A stretch of DNA of 64,000 nt from Alphaproteobacteria bacterium (GTDB lineage: Bacteria; Pseudomonadota; Alphaproteobacteria; Paracaedibacterales; VGCI01). The stretch covers positions 7,349 to 71,348 of the forward strand of contig VGCI01000006.1 in the NCBI GenBank assembly GCA_016870095.1, written 5' to 3'. Both the position numbers and the translations under genes were made by a program. The notes under the pieces were generated by a model. The model made no database searches. It was given only the letters and a program-made list of their open reading frames with translations, and was not told where the DNA came from. Shown in pieces: positions 1 to 10,056 of this stretch (within the stretch, counting starts at the first letter, position 1; each line of letters begins with the position of its first letter).

Positions 1-186
1 TTCCAACATGGCACACCGCAGTTGTTCTTGGGTGAGATGTTGTTGAACCTCACTCAACCGCTGTTGCATATTTTGAAGATCGATGGCATTTTGCGATAAT
101 AACCGAGAGGCATGGTGGCGACAAAATAAGAACACGGTCGTACCTGCGATCAATGCTCCTCCCAAAATTCCCAATATCAAAATCAC
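1..186 (-). CDS. 5' part of a gene running off the window start: membrane-anchored coiled-coil protein (RmuC-like architecture, product uncertain)
   Basis: The reverse frame is open from GTG at 186 to base 1 (62 codons). It encodes a hydrophobic helix (M)ILILGILGGALIAGTTVFLF followed by a Q/L-rich segment NAIDLQNMQQRLSEVQQHLTQEQL. It is absent from the ORF track because it is truncated. The family guess rests on architecture only. Confidence 0.4.
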   Translation of the reverse strand, partial: MILILGILGGALIAGTTVFLFCRHHASRLLSQNAIDLQNMQQRLSEVQQHLTQEQLRCAMLE

Positions 187-452
187 GTTTCATTCCTCTC
201 AAGAGATGATGAGCTGATTTTACGCAGATTTCACATCACAATTCGAGGAGAATTTTTAAATGCATTAGGAAGCAAAGAAGGATTTTTACCTTGTGGTTCC
301 CAACATTAAATATAAATCTTCCCTGAAGATTTTTTTGCTGGAAAATAACTCTCTATGATTAAGTGTAAAATTGGCAGAAACTAGTGCTTCCTTTATCCAA
401 AAATATATGATTTTAGTAGGGAATAAGGTCTTTCAATTTAGGAATTAATAAA

Positions 453-1469
453 ATGCCCTATTTTAAATTCTTCTTTTTTTTATTCTTAGTCACTTTTTCA
501 CGGAATGCCGTTTCCACTGAAAATTATATTGACCCTAATGTGACTTCAGGGCTTCTAAAATTAAACGTTAATATTACAAAAGAGCAATTTCTCCTCTTTA
601 AAGAAGCCAAAAGAGAATTTTATAAGGGCACTCTCGAGCAGGTCAATCCCTGTGGGGATCAATTTGTTTTCTATGAGCTCATTGACCCCAACACACAAAG
701 CTCTTCATTCATTCTTGGAAGTAACCATAATCTCCCCTATGAGCTGCTCCCTAACTGGTTCACCCCATTCATCGAAAAAGAGATTGATGAGGTTTTTTTA
801 GAATCAGAATTTGCAACTTTTTGTCCAACACTATTTGAAAAAAATTCTCAAGATCAATTTACTAAAACTGTTCATTCACTTCTCGATCCTATCTTACGAG
901 TGTTTGGATTTACTGCTTCCCAGATAACAAAAGAAAGTGTATTTAACCTTCTCATGGGTTATGATGCCCTTCTCGGAACAGATTCTACCCTTTCCCTGCT
1001 GGCCCTAAGAATGAAAAAACCTGTTTTTCTATTGGATTCTCCCATGGAGTCAACAATAAATAATTTAACATTCTATAGGAAATCGCTAATGGTACAAGGG
1101 CTAACAAATCTGTTAGAAATGCCGGATACTTTCATTATGACGCATTATATTGATATAGAATCTAACTACCTGTGTGAAAAATCATCGAGCACCCAAACTC
1201 TTAAAACTGACCTGGAAGAGGATTTAAAAGGGTGGCTTGAGGATATAAATAGGGCGGAAGATCCTTCATTTCTGGAGGGATTGAAAGCCGAAGCAGAGTA
1301 TAATCTCACTTGTGTAGAAACTCGAAACACACAGTGGTTCGCTTCTCTTGTTTCCCTGGCTCCTTCAAGAAAATTAATTTGTGTTGGGGCCGGACATTTG
1401 CCAGATCTCCTTAAAAAATATAGAGAAGCTAGGTTTATATTAAAAGTGCATAAGAAATACCCTCTTTAG
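453..1469 (+). CDS. TraB/GumN family protein, secreted
   Basis: N-terminal signal-like segment FFFFLFLVTFSRNAVS. It has an FILGSNHNLP motif (GTxH-like) and a C-terminal ICVGAGHLPDLL motif typical of the TraB/PrgY/GumN family. Confidence 0.6.
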   Translation: MPYFKFFFFLFLVTFSRNAVSTENYIDPNVTSGLLKLNVNITKEQFLLFKEAKREFYKGTLEQVNPCGDQFVFYELIDPNTQSSSFILGSNHNLPYELLPNWFTPFIEKEIDEVFLESEFATFCPTLFEKNSQDQFTKTVHSLLDPILRVFGFTASQITKESVFNLLMGYDALLGTDSTLSLLALRMKKPVFLLDSPMESTINNLTFYRKSLMVQGLTNLLEMPDTFIMTHYIDIESNYLCEKSSSTQTLKTDLEEDLKGWLEDINRAEDPSFLEGLKAEAEYNLTCVETRNTQWFASLVSLAPSRKLICVGAGHLPDLLKKYREARFILKVHKKYPL

Positions 1470-1730
1470 GGTGTTATCCGGTTAGTATATTTACCATGCT
1501 ATTCCCGGAAAGGGTAATTCTCATTACATTCTAGCCCTTTTCCACCTCTGTGGAGGTGAAGCAATGGCTAAAGTGGAGGCATGTATTGGAGATAAATATT
1601 GATTATGGTTATTATTCTTCCAACTCCTATAATTACGTTGTTTAATAAAAAATTATATAAAATTTTTCTTTCTAAGTATATTATAACTATGTAACTTCGT
1701 TTCAAAAAAATTTATATGAAGGAGTGTAAT

Positions 1731-2198
1731 ATGTTAAAGGTTAAAAGTTTTTTTTGGGGTGTTATGACATTTTTACTCGGTTTAGCAATAGGTCAAGTAC
1801 AGGCAAAAAATTTAGATGTAAATGTTATCAATGAAGGTCCGGCTGTAAGTGGCTATAAGTTGAAACTAGAAATCCGCAAATTTAATGACCCAATATATGA
1901 ACATGAAATTGATTTGAAAATTCCAGCGTCTTCACGGGAGAAATTTCCCGTCGTGGCGGCTTTAGAAAAACATTTGCCTGACGGATTTGTTCCTGCAAGC
2001 AACACCATTGTTCATTTGATTAAAGATGGCAAAGTCGTTGCAACGAACCGTCTTGTTCATTCTTATCAATTAGATCAATTTGCTGGGTATCAAGTAAAGA
2101 TTAACACAAATGATATACACCCGGGCGATGTTAGTACCAAAGCCATATCCATAGTGGCAACATCAGATGCAGCTGGAATGGTACCTTTACATCAGTAA
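1731..2198 (+). CDS. hypothetical secreted protein
   Basis: The ORF has signal peptide MLKVKSFFWGVMTFLLGLAIGQVQA. AGGAG lies 6 nt upstream of the ATG at 1731, so the track start at 1716 would contain the SD. No recognisable domain. Confidence 0.55.
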   Translation: MLKVKSFFWGVMTFLLGLAIGQVQAKNLDVNVINEGPAVSGYKLKLEIRKFNDPIYEHEIDLKIPASSREKFPVVAALEKHLPDGFVPASNTIVHLIKDGKVVATNRLVHSYQLDQFAGYQVKINTNDIHPGDVSTKAISIVATSDAAGMVPLHQ

Positions 2199-2421
2199 TT
2201 ACATACAGACTAATATATCCACACATCTTAATTTTTAAAGTGAGTGAGGTGTGTGGAATTGTAAAAAAGATTTCCACAAGCTCGCCTCCTAATTCAAGTT
2301 TAGACTTCCGAACAATGGTATATCTTATCAAGATAGAAGCCTACAAAGTTTTCCGCTCGCTTTTCGGGAGGGATTTTGTATACTCTACAAAAAATAACAA
2401 ACAGTCTGGGGGGCTGACCGA

Positions 2422-3693
2422 ATGATATGGCAAGGCGTTTTAGGAATTTTTGTATTTTTGGGTATCGCTTGGGTTTTTAGTGAAAATCGAAAAGCAGTTG
2501 AGAAGCGGGACGTAATCTTAGGGGTTGGTTTGCAAATTGTTCTTGCGGTGATTATTACTCAATTTCCACTGATTCGTGGAGGTTTCGAAAGTCTCAGTCG
2601 GGTTGTGGAAGTGTTGAAACGAGCAACTCAAGAGGGTACAAAATTTGTTTTTGGTTACTTAGGGGGTGGTGCCGTTCCTTTTGAAATTATTCCTGATTCT
2701 GGCGTCAGTACCTTCATCTTTGGGCTCCAAGCTCTCCCAACAATTATGGTTGTGAGTGCCTTATCCATGTTGCTTTTTCACTTAGGAGTCTTGCCGGCTA
2801 TTGTTCGCATTTTTTCAAAAGGCTTACAACGGACCTTGCGAATTGGCGGCGCTCTTGGAGTGGTGGCGGCATCAAAAGTATTTCTTGGTAACCTTGAGGC
2901 TCCTCTTCTGGTTCGCCCCTATTTGAAAAACTTTAGCAGAAATGAACTTTTTACTGTCATGACATGTGGTATGGCGACAACGTCAGCGAGTGTTATGGCC
3001 CTTTATACCTCCATTCTTGAAGGCACAATCCCGAATCCCATCGCTCATATTTTGACAGCTTCTATTATTAGCATTCCTGCCGCCATTACTTTATCACGTA
3101 TTATGATTCCTCATGAAGGAGCCATGACTTCGGGCACACTTGTAGCACCCTACCGATTTACAAATTGGATGGATGCGGTCTCTCGAGGAACATCAGATGG
3201 ATTAACTATTTTTCTTCATGTAATGGCCATGTTAATTGTTGTGTTGGCGTTGGTATCTTTGCTGAATGCGTTTTTATCTTTTCTTCCGTCTCTCGGCGGA
3301 GAAGCTATTACTATGCAACGTATGTTGGGTTATGTGATGGCGCCTGTGACTTGGCTCATGGGCATTCCTTGGGCTGAAGCCATGACCGCTGGAAAATTAT
3401 TGGGAACAAAAACAGTTTTGAATGAAGTTGTCGCGTTTTTAGAATTATCTAAGGTTCCGCGTACGGAGTTAAGTGCTCATAGCGCTTTAATCATGACGTA
3501 TGCCTTGTGTGGATTTGCAAATTTTTCCGTCATTGGCATTATTATTGGCGGCATAGGAACTATGGTTCCCGAACGGCGGGATGAAATCGTTGCCTTGGGA
3601 CTGAAATCTGTTTTTGCCGGAACTCTTGCCACATGTATGAGTGGAACCTTAATAGGAATATTGACGCTCATGAGTGGGGGAGTTGTCAAATAA
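2422..3693 (+). CDS. nupC: NupC/NupG (CNT) family nucleoside transporter
   Basis: Polytopic protein with CNT hallmarks: QEGTKFVFGYLGG, LPAIVRIFSKGLQRTL, MTCGMATTSASVMALY and LCGFANFSVIGIIIGG. Confidence 0.85.
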   Translation: MIWQGVLGIFVFLGIAWVFSENRKAVEKRDVILGVGLQIVLAVIITQFPLIRGGFESLSRVVEVLKRATQEGTKFVFGYLGGGAVPFEIIPDSGVSTFIFGLQALPTIMVVSALSMLLFHLGVLPAIVRIFSKGLQRTLRIGGALGVVAASKVFLGNLEAPLLVRPYLKNFSRNELFTVMTCGMATTSASVMALYTSILEGTIPNPIAHILTASIISIPAAITLSRIMIPHEGAMTSGTLVAPYRFTNWMDAVSRGTSDGLTIFLHVMAMLIVVLALVSLLNAFLSFLPSLGGEAITMQRMLGYVMAPVTWLMGIPWAEAMTAGKLLGTKTVLNEVVAFLELSKVPRTELSAHSALIMTYALCGFANFSVIGIIIGGIGTMVPERRDEIVALGLKSVFAGTLATCMSGTLIGILTLMSGGVVK

Positions 3694-3772
3694 TTACGAA
3701 ATTTCTTGTATTATTGGTAAAAAAATCCTAAGTAATACTTAGTAATGATGTAATAATAAAGAGTATTTTCCC

Positions 3773-4291
3773 ATGGCACTATTGCCTGTCTTAACAGCAC
3801 CCAATCCCAGGTTAAACATTAAAGCAACGCCGGTTGACGTTGTGGATGATGATGTGCGTTGTCTGATGGATGATATGGTAGAAACCATGTATGCGAATGA
3901 TGGCATGGGACTTGCTGCTCCACAAGTTGGGGTGAGTAAACGGATTATCGTGTTAGATATCAACGCCAGCTATGAAGACAGGGAACCGAATGTCATGAAA
4001 CTGGTTAATCCCGAAGTTGTGTGGACATCGTCAGAAACATGTCCACAGGATGAAGCGTGCATATCGGTGCCCAATGTCTATGCCTCCGTTGTGCGGCCAA
4101 CTCGGGCAAAAATTCGGTATGTGGATGAAAATAATGTTTCCCATGAAATTGATACGGATGGTCTTTTTGCGCGATGTATTCAACACGAAATTGATCATTT
4201 GGATGGAATCCTTTATATCGATCATCTCTCGCGTTTAAAAAAAGAAATCATTTTGCGCAAATTGCGTAAAGCGCGTAAACTTCAGTTATGA
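3773..4291 (+). CDS. def: peptide deformylase
   Basis: All three PDF motifs are present: [15 protein letters not shown] (EGCLS variant) and QHEIDHLDG. Confidence 0.95.
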   Translation: MALLPVLTAPNPRLNIKATPVDVVDDDVRCLMDDMVETMYANDGMGLAAPQVGVSKRIIVLDINASYEDREPNVMKLVNPEVVWTSSETCPQDEACISVPNVYASVVRPTRAKIRYVDENNVSHEIDTDGLFARCIQHEIDHLDGILYIDHLSRLKKEIILRKLRKARKLQL

Positions 4292-5235
4292 ACACTGCCC
4301 CTCTTCGATTAATTTTTATGGGGACGCCTGCTTTTTCGGTTCCCACTCTTCAAACACTTGTGGATAGTCGTCACCAACTTATCGCTGTCTATTCTCAGCC
4401 TCCTCGCCCTAGTGGTCGGGGACATCAGGTTCGAAAGAGTGCTGTTCATCAATTTGCTGAACAATGGGAAATTCCCATTTATACCCCTAAAAGTTTAAAA
4501 GGTGAAGCCGAACAAACTGAATTTGCGGCGCACAAAGCAGACTTAGCGATTGTTATCGCTTATGGATTAATTTTACCGCAAAAGATATTGGATGCGCCGC
4601 GGCTAGGATGTTTAAATGTTCACGCGTCTTTGTTGCCGCGATGGCGGGGCGCTGCCCCTATTCACCGAGCCATCGAAGCGGGTGATTTAGAGACCGGAAT
4701 TACGATTATGAAAATGGATGTTGGATTAGATACTGGGCCTATGCTTCTTAAAAAAAACATATCCATTGATGCCCATACAACAGCTACAAATCTTCATGAT
4801 GCTCTTTCAAATATGGGGGGGCCGTTGCTTCTTGAAGCCCTTGAAGCTTATGCAGCCGGGACATTGCAACCGACCCCTCAACCCTTGGAAGGAGTTACGT
4901 ACGCCACAAAACTAACGCGAGAAGAAGGTCAAATCGACTGGAAGTTGTCGGCCTCTGTTTGGGTGCGAAAAATTCAGGCGTTTACCCCTTGGCCAGGAGT
5001 TTGGTTTGAGCACGACGGGACACGCCTCAAAATTCTTGCCGCTGAATCTATTCCAGAAGCGCAAGGAATTCCCGGAACAATTTTAGATGATCACTTGACC
5101 ATTGCGTGTGGAGAAGGGGCATTGCGTCTCAAAATACTTCAACGTCCCGGGGGCGCGCCCTTGGATGCAAAAGACTTTTTGCGCGGGTATCTCTTGCCCA
5201 AGGGAACTGTATTATCATGCCCCGTTACAAAGTAA
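4288..5235 (+). CDS. fmt: methionyl-tRNA formyltransferase
   Basis: Motifs [32 protein letters not shown] and the C-terminal domain. Its start overlaps the def stop (ATGA), and def-fmt is the canonical order. Confidence 0.95.
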   Translation: MNTAPLRLIFMGTPAFSVPTLQTLVDSRHQLIAVYSQPPRPSGRGHQVRKSAVHQFAEQWEIPIYTPKSLKGEAEQTEFAAHKADLAIVIAYGLILPQKILDAPRLGCLNVHASLLPRWRGAAPIHRAIEAGDLETGITIMKMDVGLDTGPMLLKKNISIDAHTTATNLHDALSNMGGPLLLEALEAYAAGTLQPTPQPLEGVTYATKLTREEGQIDWKLSASVWVRKIQAFTPWPGVWFEHDGTRLKILAAESIPEAQGIPGTILDDHLTIACGEGALRLKILQRPGGAPLDAKDFLRGYLLPKGTVLSCPVTK

Positions 5236-5966
5236 TTCTGGAGTACGAAGGCAATCGTTTCAGCGGATGGCAACGTCAACGTAAACAAGCTTCCGTACAG
5301 GAAACCCTCGAAAAAGCCATAAAAGAAATGTTTGCAGAAGAAGTGCTGGTTGAGGGGGCGGGCCGCACGGATGCAGGCGTGCATGCTTTGGGGCAAGTGG
5401 CCCATTTTGATTTATCGCAAGATGTTCCCCCCTATCGGGTGAGCGACGGATTGAATCATTTTTTGCGAGAGAGCGGCGTGGTTGTTTTACACACACAAGG
5501 TGTCCCCCCCGACTTTCACGCTCGGTTTTCTGCTACGGGCCGTGAATATGAGTACCGCATTTTGAATCGACGGGCTCCCTTAGTTATTGAAGCAAATCAG
5601 GCCTGGAATGTCATACCTCCTTTAAATATTACTAAAATGCAAGAGGCAGCTAACCATTTGGTTGGCCATCATGATTTTACTAGCTTTCGCTCTGCGCATT
5701 GTCAGGCACCGTCGCCGATAAGAACTCTGGATAAATTTGACATCATTCACAAGCCAGCTTTCGTAGGGGATTATATTATTGCTCACGTCGCCTCTCGCGC
5801 TTTCTTACACAATCAGGTCCGTATTATGATGGGAACCTTAAAATTGGTGGGAGAAGGACGATTGAGTGTAGAAAGTATCCCGGACCTTCTTCAAACACGG
5901 GATCGTCGCACCACAGGTCCTACGGCTCCTCCTCAAGGGCTATATTTGAAGAGCATTGCTTATTAA
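5217..5966 (+). CDS. truA: tRNA pseudouridine(38-40) synthase
   Basis: [21 protein letters not shown] and [15 protein letters not shown] (catalytic Asp motif). The ATG at 5217 was chosen because the track start at 5106 adds a non-homologous extension inside fmt. Confidence 0.93.
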   Translation: MPRYKVILEYEGNRFSGWQRQRKQASVQETLEKAIKEMFAEEVLVEGAGRTDAGVHALGQVAHFDLSQDVPPYRVSDGLNHFLRESGVVVLHTQGVPPDFHARFSATGREYEYRILNRRAPLVIEANQAWNVIPPLNITKMQEAANHLVGHHDFTSFRSAHCQAPSPIRTLDKFDIIHKPAFVGDYIIAHVASRAFLHNQVRIMMGTLKLVGEGRLSVESIPDLLQTRDRRTTGPTAPPQGLYLKSIAY

Positions 5967-6090
5967 AAAGACTTTCCATTGTCTTTTACGTTGTTTACCC
6001 GTTAAAATTGTGGTATATCAATAGATCAAGGTGTAATTAATAGAGTTCGTTATTGTACTTACACAAGCACAATAACAAAAAAGATTTGCA

Positions 6091-6450
6091 ATGACTTACG
6101 TTGTTACAGAAGCCTGTATAAGATGTAAATATATGGATTGTGTAGAGGTGTGTCCGGTTGATTGTTTTTACGAAGGTGAAAACATGTTGGTCATCAATCC
6201 AGAAGAGTGCATCGACTGTGGTGTTTGTGAGCCAGAATGTCCGGCAGAAGCAATTATTCCCGATACAGCGCAAGGCTCAGAAAAATGGGTAGAAATGAAT
6301 CAGCAGTATGCTGGACAATGGCCAAATATAACCCGCAAAGGGGCAACCCCTGAAGATGCAGATCAGTGGTTAACGGTAAAAAATAAGTTTCAAGATCATT
6401 TCAGTGAAAAACCCCCGCAACGGGATAATCCAATGGGGACAAAATCATAA
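6091..6450 (+). CDS. fdxA: 7Fe ferredoxin (3Fe-4S/4Fe-4S)
   Basis: The N-terminus [29 protein letters not shown]...[12 protein letters not shown] carries the FdxA-type cysteine pattern. Confidence 0.9.
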   Translation: MTYVVTEACIRCKYMDCVEVCPVDCFYEGENMLVINPEECIDCGVCEPECPAEAIIPDTAQGSEKWVEMNQQYAGQWPNITRKGATPEDADQWLTVKNKFQDHFSEKPPQRDNPMGTKS

Positions 6451-6524
6451 CCCCCTTGTAAAAAAGGTGATCGTAACCACCTATAGAGTTCAGGTCCTTA
6501 CATTCAATCGATAGAAAAGAGAGT

Positions 6525-7037
6525 TTGACAATGACGACCACAATGACAAAAAAGATGTTTAGTGAAGGTGATTATGTTGTGTACCCAGCCCATGGGGTGG
6601 GACGTATTGTTGGGCATGAAACCCAGTCCATTGGTGATATCGAGGTACAATTGTTAGTCGTATCTTTTGAAAAAGACCGAATGATTTTGCGTTTGCCCTT
6701 ATCCAAAGCGAAGACAGCTGGGTTACGGCCTTTAAGTACTTCTGAAGATATGACTCAAGCTTTGCAAATGCTAACTATTCGGACAAAGTCTCGCCGGACA
6801 ATGTGGAGTCGTCGAGCGCAAGAGTATGAAGCGAAAATTAATTCAGGTGATCCAAAATCTATTGCTGAAGTCATTCGCGATTTGTATCGTACGACCACTC
6901 AGTCGGATCAATCCTACAGCGAACGTCAGATTTATCAAGCAGCGTTGGAACGTTTTGTGCGAGAGCTTGCTGCTGTTGAGAAAATAGATGAATCATCCGC
7001 AACTGAAAAATTGGAAGGTTTTTTAAAAGCCGCATAA
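6525..7037 (+). CDS. carD: CarD family transcriptional regulator
   Basis: FSEGDYVVYPAHGVGRIVG matches the CarD/TRCF RID-like N-terminus. Its position after fdxA is the usual alphaproteobacterial order. The start is ambiguous (TTG 6525 or ATG 6531). Confidence 0.9.
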   Translation: MTMTTTMTKKMFSEGDYVVYPAHGVGRIVGHETQSIGDIEVQLLVVSFEKDRMILRLPLSKAKTAGLRPLSTSEDMTQALQMLTIRTKSRRTMWSRRAQEYEAKINSGDPKSIAEVIRDLYRTTTQSDQSYSERQIYQAALERFVRELAAVEKIDESSATEKLEGFLKAA

Positions 7038-7398
7038 AGATTTACATTTCAAGAAAGATTGTCAGGAGATTGAAGACATAAATTTTGAATTGTTGACAGC
7101 TTTCTTTGAAATGTTGAAGTCTATATTTCGAGATCAGAATTTGACGATAAGCTTTTACCAATTTCGGCACGATTCCCCAATTAAACAATAATAATACGAA
7201 CGATATTAGGGTGTGCGTCTTCTTGTCTCAAAGGCGTATTGAAGAGCCACAAGCGACCCCATTTTATGTTGGCAATGTATTATTAAGACTATAAACCCTA
7301 GTATAGAGGGTATTTTTTGTGTTAAGGGTGACTGTCAAGTTAAAGTTATGAAAGTAGATTTTTTAGTGAAGAATATAAATGGTTAGAGGGTTAATAAA

Positions 7399-8976
7399 AT
7401 GATGAGTTTCTTTAAAAAATGGTGTTGTCTGGTGTTGTCAATTTCTATGATGGTATCGACCATAGCGCCAACCTGGGCGGTGAAAATCAGTCATCACGAA
7501 CAATTTTTTCCATCCTCCTCACCCTCGACAGCACCATTAAAAGAATGTGTCGAAAGCTATAAAATCCAAGAAAAACCTCTTAGCCAACCTCTTCCAAAAT
7601 ATATTGATTCCGCCTCACAAAATTCTAAACCTACGAGAGTTGCATTTGCAAATTCTTCTAACCCTCTTCTTTCATTCGTGACATTTGCCTGTGCGCATCC
7701 CCTACAAGCCCTGATGTTCTTATTTTTAATGCAAGAAAGCTTCTTTAAATGTTATCCCCTTGTTAAAGTTCCTGGCGTTGCTGCTGGTCTTTCCGTATCG
7801 GGACTAAATCAAAATTTAACGTGGAATGGGGTGTTGGGTTCACCTGTTCTTCTTAATTCTATTGTTGTTTATGATACAATTCCTGAAGAGGTAAATGTTC
7901 ATTATGATTTAACCTTAACCCTTAGTGATATTACGGCGGGTAATCTCACTTGCAATGGAACGACTTCTCTTCAACCATCTTTTATTGGAGGCGTTTGGAG
8001 CGCGTATGGACTGATTACACCTGTAAATGATTTGTTGTTGAATTGTAAGCTATTATATATTCCTTTAAAAAGTTTTTTTAATTTAACAATTGCTGGAAAA
8101 GTTCTTAGTATTGAGCCGCAAGAAAAGATTCAGGGCAATATCACTATTACAAATGTTGGAAGTTCGTTATCGACTGGTTCAAGTTTAAATGGAATGACCA
8201 CACCATCAGCCTCAAGCCAACCAAGTTCATCTTCTATCTCTGCTTCATCTCTAGGTACCGCTTCAACAATTGGGACGAGTCAATCTCAATCCGGTACGAG
8301 CAATCAAAATTCCAGTTCTTCAACTGAGAATTCTAATGTTATGAGCGGGTTAACGGATTCTCTATCAAATGGATTTTCACCAACCAATGACTCTTTCGGA
8401 ACCTCTCTATTGTCTAACAATATACCCCCAACAAATCCTATGGCCACAACAACCAATTCCCTTCTAAATATTATGAACAGTTCTCAAGACAAATCAGCAA
8501 TGATTATTGGAAGTAGTGTAGGGGGATGTGTCATCCTCACAGGTGCTATCGTTGCCCTGATTGTGGGCTATAAACGACAGTGGTGTGGTTTAAATTCTTC
8601 AGCGAAACAATCTCTAGTTCAAGATAAAGCTTTAGAGTCTGGACAATCTAAGCAATATGCATCTTTGGGACTATATCATAATCTCCCTCAAGGTGCGGGA
8701 CAGTCTGATACAACGAACTACTCGAAACCGCCAGCCCCTGATTCTTTTGATCAAAGTCCGGGAGGCCTCTACACCAATGCACCCATCGCGCCGGCAGGGT
8801 CTCCCCAAGGAAATGGAGTATACACTAGTGCCCCCCTTGCTCCGGCTAATAGTAATGGTTCTGGACAAAATCCTTACATTGCCTGTGATGCCCCTTTAAC
8901 TTCTCCATTGAACAATTATGATCGGCTTACAAGTAGCGAGGCTGCTTACGTGGAATGCGGTGCGCCTTTGGAGTAA
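7399..8976 (+). CDS. hypothetical surface/membrane protein with a Ser/Thr-rich stalk, single TM helix and Tyr/Pro-repeat tail
   Basis: Signal peptide MMSFFKKWCCLVLSISMMVSTIAPTWA. The S/T-rich low-complexity run spans about 8161-8490 and the TM helix AMIIGSSVGGCVILTGAIVALIVGY spans 8497-8571. The 134-aa tail contains 8 Tyr. Confidence 0.6.
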   Translation: MMSFFKKWCCLVLSISMMVSTIAPTWAVKISHHEQFFPSSSPSTAPLKECVESYKIQEKPLSQPLPKYIDSASQNSKPTRVAFANSSNPLLSFVTFACAHPLQALMFLFLMQESFFKCYPLVKVPGVAAGLSVSGLNQNLTWNGVLGSPVLLNSIVVYDTIPEEVNVHYDLTLTLSDITAGNLTCNGTTSLQPSFIGGVWSAYGLITPVNDLLLNCKLLYIPLKSFFNLTIAGKVLSIEPQEKIQGNITITNVGSSLSTGSSLNGMTTPSASSQPSSSSISASSLGTASTIGTSQSQSGTSNQNSSSSTENSNVMSGLTDSLSNGFSPTNDSFGTSLLSNNIPPTNPMATTTNSLLNIMNSSQDKSAMIIGSSVGGCVILTGAIVALIVGYKRQWCGLNSSAKQSLVQDKALESGQSKQYASLGLYHNLPQGAGQSDTTNYSKPPAPDSFDQSPGGLYTNAPIAPAGSPQGNGVYTSAPLAPANSNGSGQNPYIACDAPLTSPLNNYDRLTSSEAAYVECGAPLE

Positions 8977-9020
8977 AATCAGGGGGCAGTTGCCTATGAG
9001 TTCAGAAAATATAAGATAAA

Positions 9021-9060
9021 AATAAGCCCAAAAGATTTTTTTCTTTTGGGCTTATTATTT
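9021..9060. terminator. bidirectional intrinsic terminator between convergent genes
   Basis: Perfect 14-bp stem AATAAGCCCAAAAG (9021-9034) / CTTTTGGGCTTATT (9043-9056) with an 8-nt loop. It is flanked by an A-run on one side and a T-run on the other. Confidence 0.7.
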
Positions 9061-9083
9061 TCAAGTTATAAAACGAATATTTA

Positions 9084-9797
9084 TTATCCCCAAATATATT
9101 TTAAAGAGATAAGTGCGGTGCTAACGCGCGGTGTAATTTTAAAAGTTGCGGTTCTTGTTAGCCCTCCCCCTACATTTTGAGCAGGTCCAGTTTTTGTTAT
9201 AGAACCATAGAAGGCATAGCGGTATTCAACCCCCAGGGCTAAGTTTTTATTAAGATTAAAGTCCATTCCAGCACCCGGGGCAAAGGCTATTTTTCGATCA
9301 CTTGAAGATATTCCAGTAAAAGAAGAGAAGGCAGGGTTATCTGTGATTGAGGTTAATTTAAAGCGACGACTTTCAATACCTAGACGAACAAATGGATGTA
9401 TACGATCGATGCAAGAATAGCCTAATCGAATTCCAAAACCCCACGCACCACTTGTGGATTCAACTTTTTGACGATCAGAAAAATTATTACCGGTAACTAC
9501 AATATAATTATTTTTATTAAGGTTACCAAATAGATAATCCACCTCCAAGCCTAGTGTAAAATTGTTTAGAGCGGCCATATAGCCAAAATTTATGTCAATC
9601 CCTCCGGTTGAATTGGCAAACTGGTTAGAAAGTATTCGAGAAGTGCCTCCATTATTTGTAGCGTAAGTAATAACAGCATTATGATTTCCGATAACATTGG
9701 CGGCGCCGAGTCCGACGTATACATTGTGTTTCGCTCCTGCCAAGGTGGAAGAAACTGCAGCCATAGTCATTAAACTTACCAGTAACACTTTTTTCAT
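9084..9797 (-). CDS. outer-membrane beta-barrel protein (OMP_b-brl / OmpA-like porin family)
   Basis: Signal peptide MKKVLLVSLMTMAAVSSTLAG and an alternating amphipathic beta-strand pattern with G/Y/F-rich strands such as GAGMDFNLNKNLALGVEYRY. GGAG SD lies before the ATG at 9797, so the track start at 9854 is rejected. Confidence 0.75.
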   Translation of the reverse strand: MKKVLLVSLMTMAAVSSTLAGAKHNVYVGLGAANVIGNHNAVITYATNNGGTSRILSNQFANSTGGIDINFGYMAALNNFTLGLEVDYLFGNLNKNNYIVVTGNNFSDRQKVESTSGAWGFGIRLGYSCIDRIHPFVRLGIESRRFKLTSITDNPAFSSFTGISSSDRKIAFAPGAGMDFNLNKNLALGVEYRYAFYGSITKTGPAQNVGGGLTRTATFKITPRVSTALISLKYIWG

Positions 9798-10056
9798 GAT
9801 TCCATCTCCCTCATTGTTAATTTCATTAAATTTACCTATTTTCAAATAAAACATTTACTTAAAGTTGTTCTCTATTAATTCTAGGCATAGTTTTTGAGCT
9901 TTGATAGCCGAAAAAGAATAAATTTAATAAAATTTTTTATATGTGTGATAAAATGTTGCAAGGCTTGAATGTTGAGGCAGAAAGGGGAATATTTATACGC
10001 TTCACTATGAAATAAGAATCGGGCAAGAGATAAGATTTGCAGTTTTTACATTTAAA

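Noticed and set aside
5106-5216. The ORF-track start of truA at 5106 adds 37 residues ([12 protein letters not shown]…).
   Set aside because: The extension lies wholly inside the fmt coding frame region and has no TruA similarity. The conserved TruA N-terminus [12 protein letters not shown] begins at ATG 5217.
8640-8973. Reading the tail of the 525-aa protein as a bona fide ITAM, NPxY or EPIYA signalling motif.
   Set aside because: Spacing does not fit ITAM, since YASLGLYHNL has only 2 residues between the YxxL units. QNPYI is not NPxY, and there is no EPIYA. Only the generic observation of Tyr/Pro repeats is retained as a finding.
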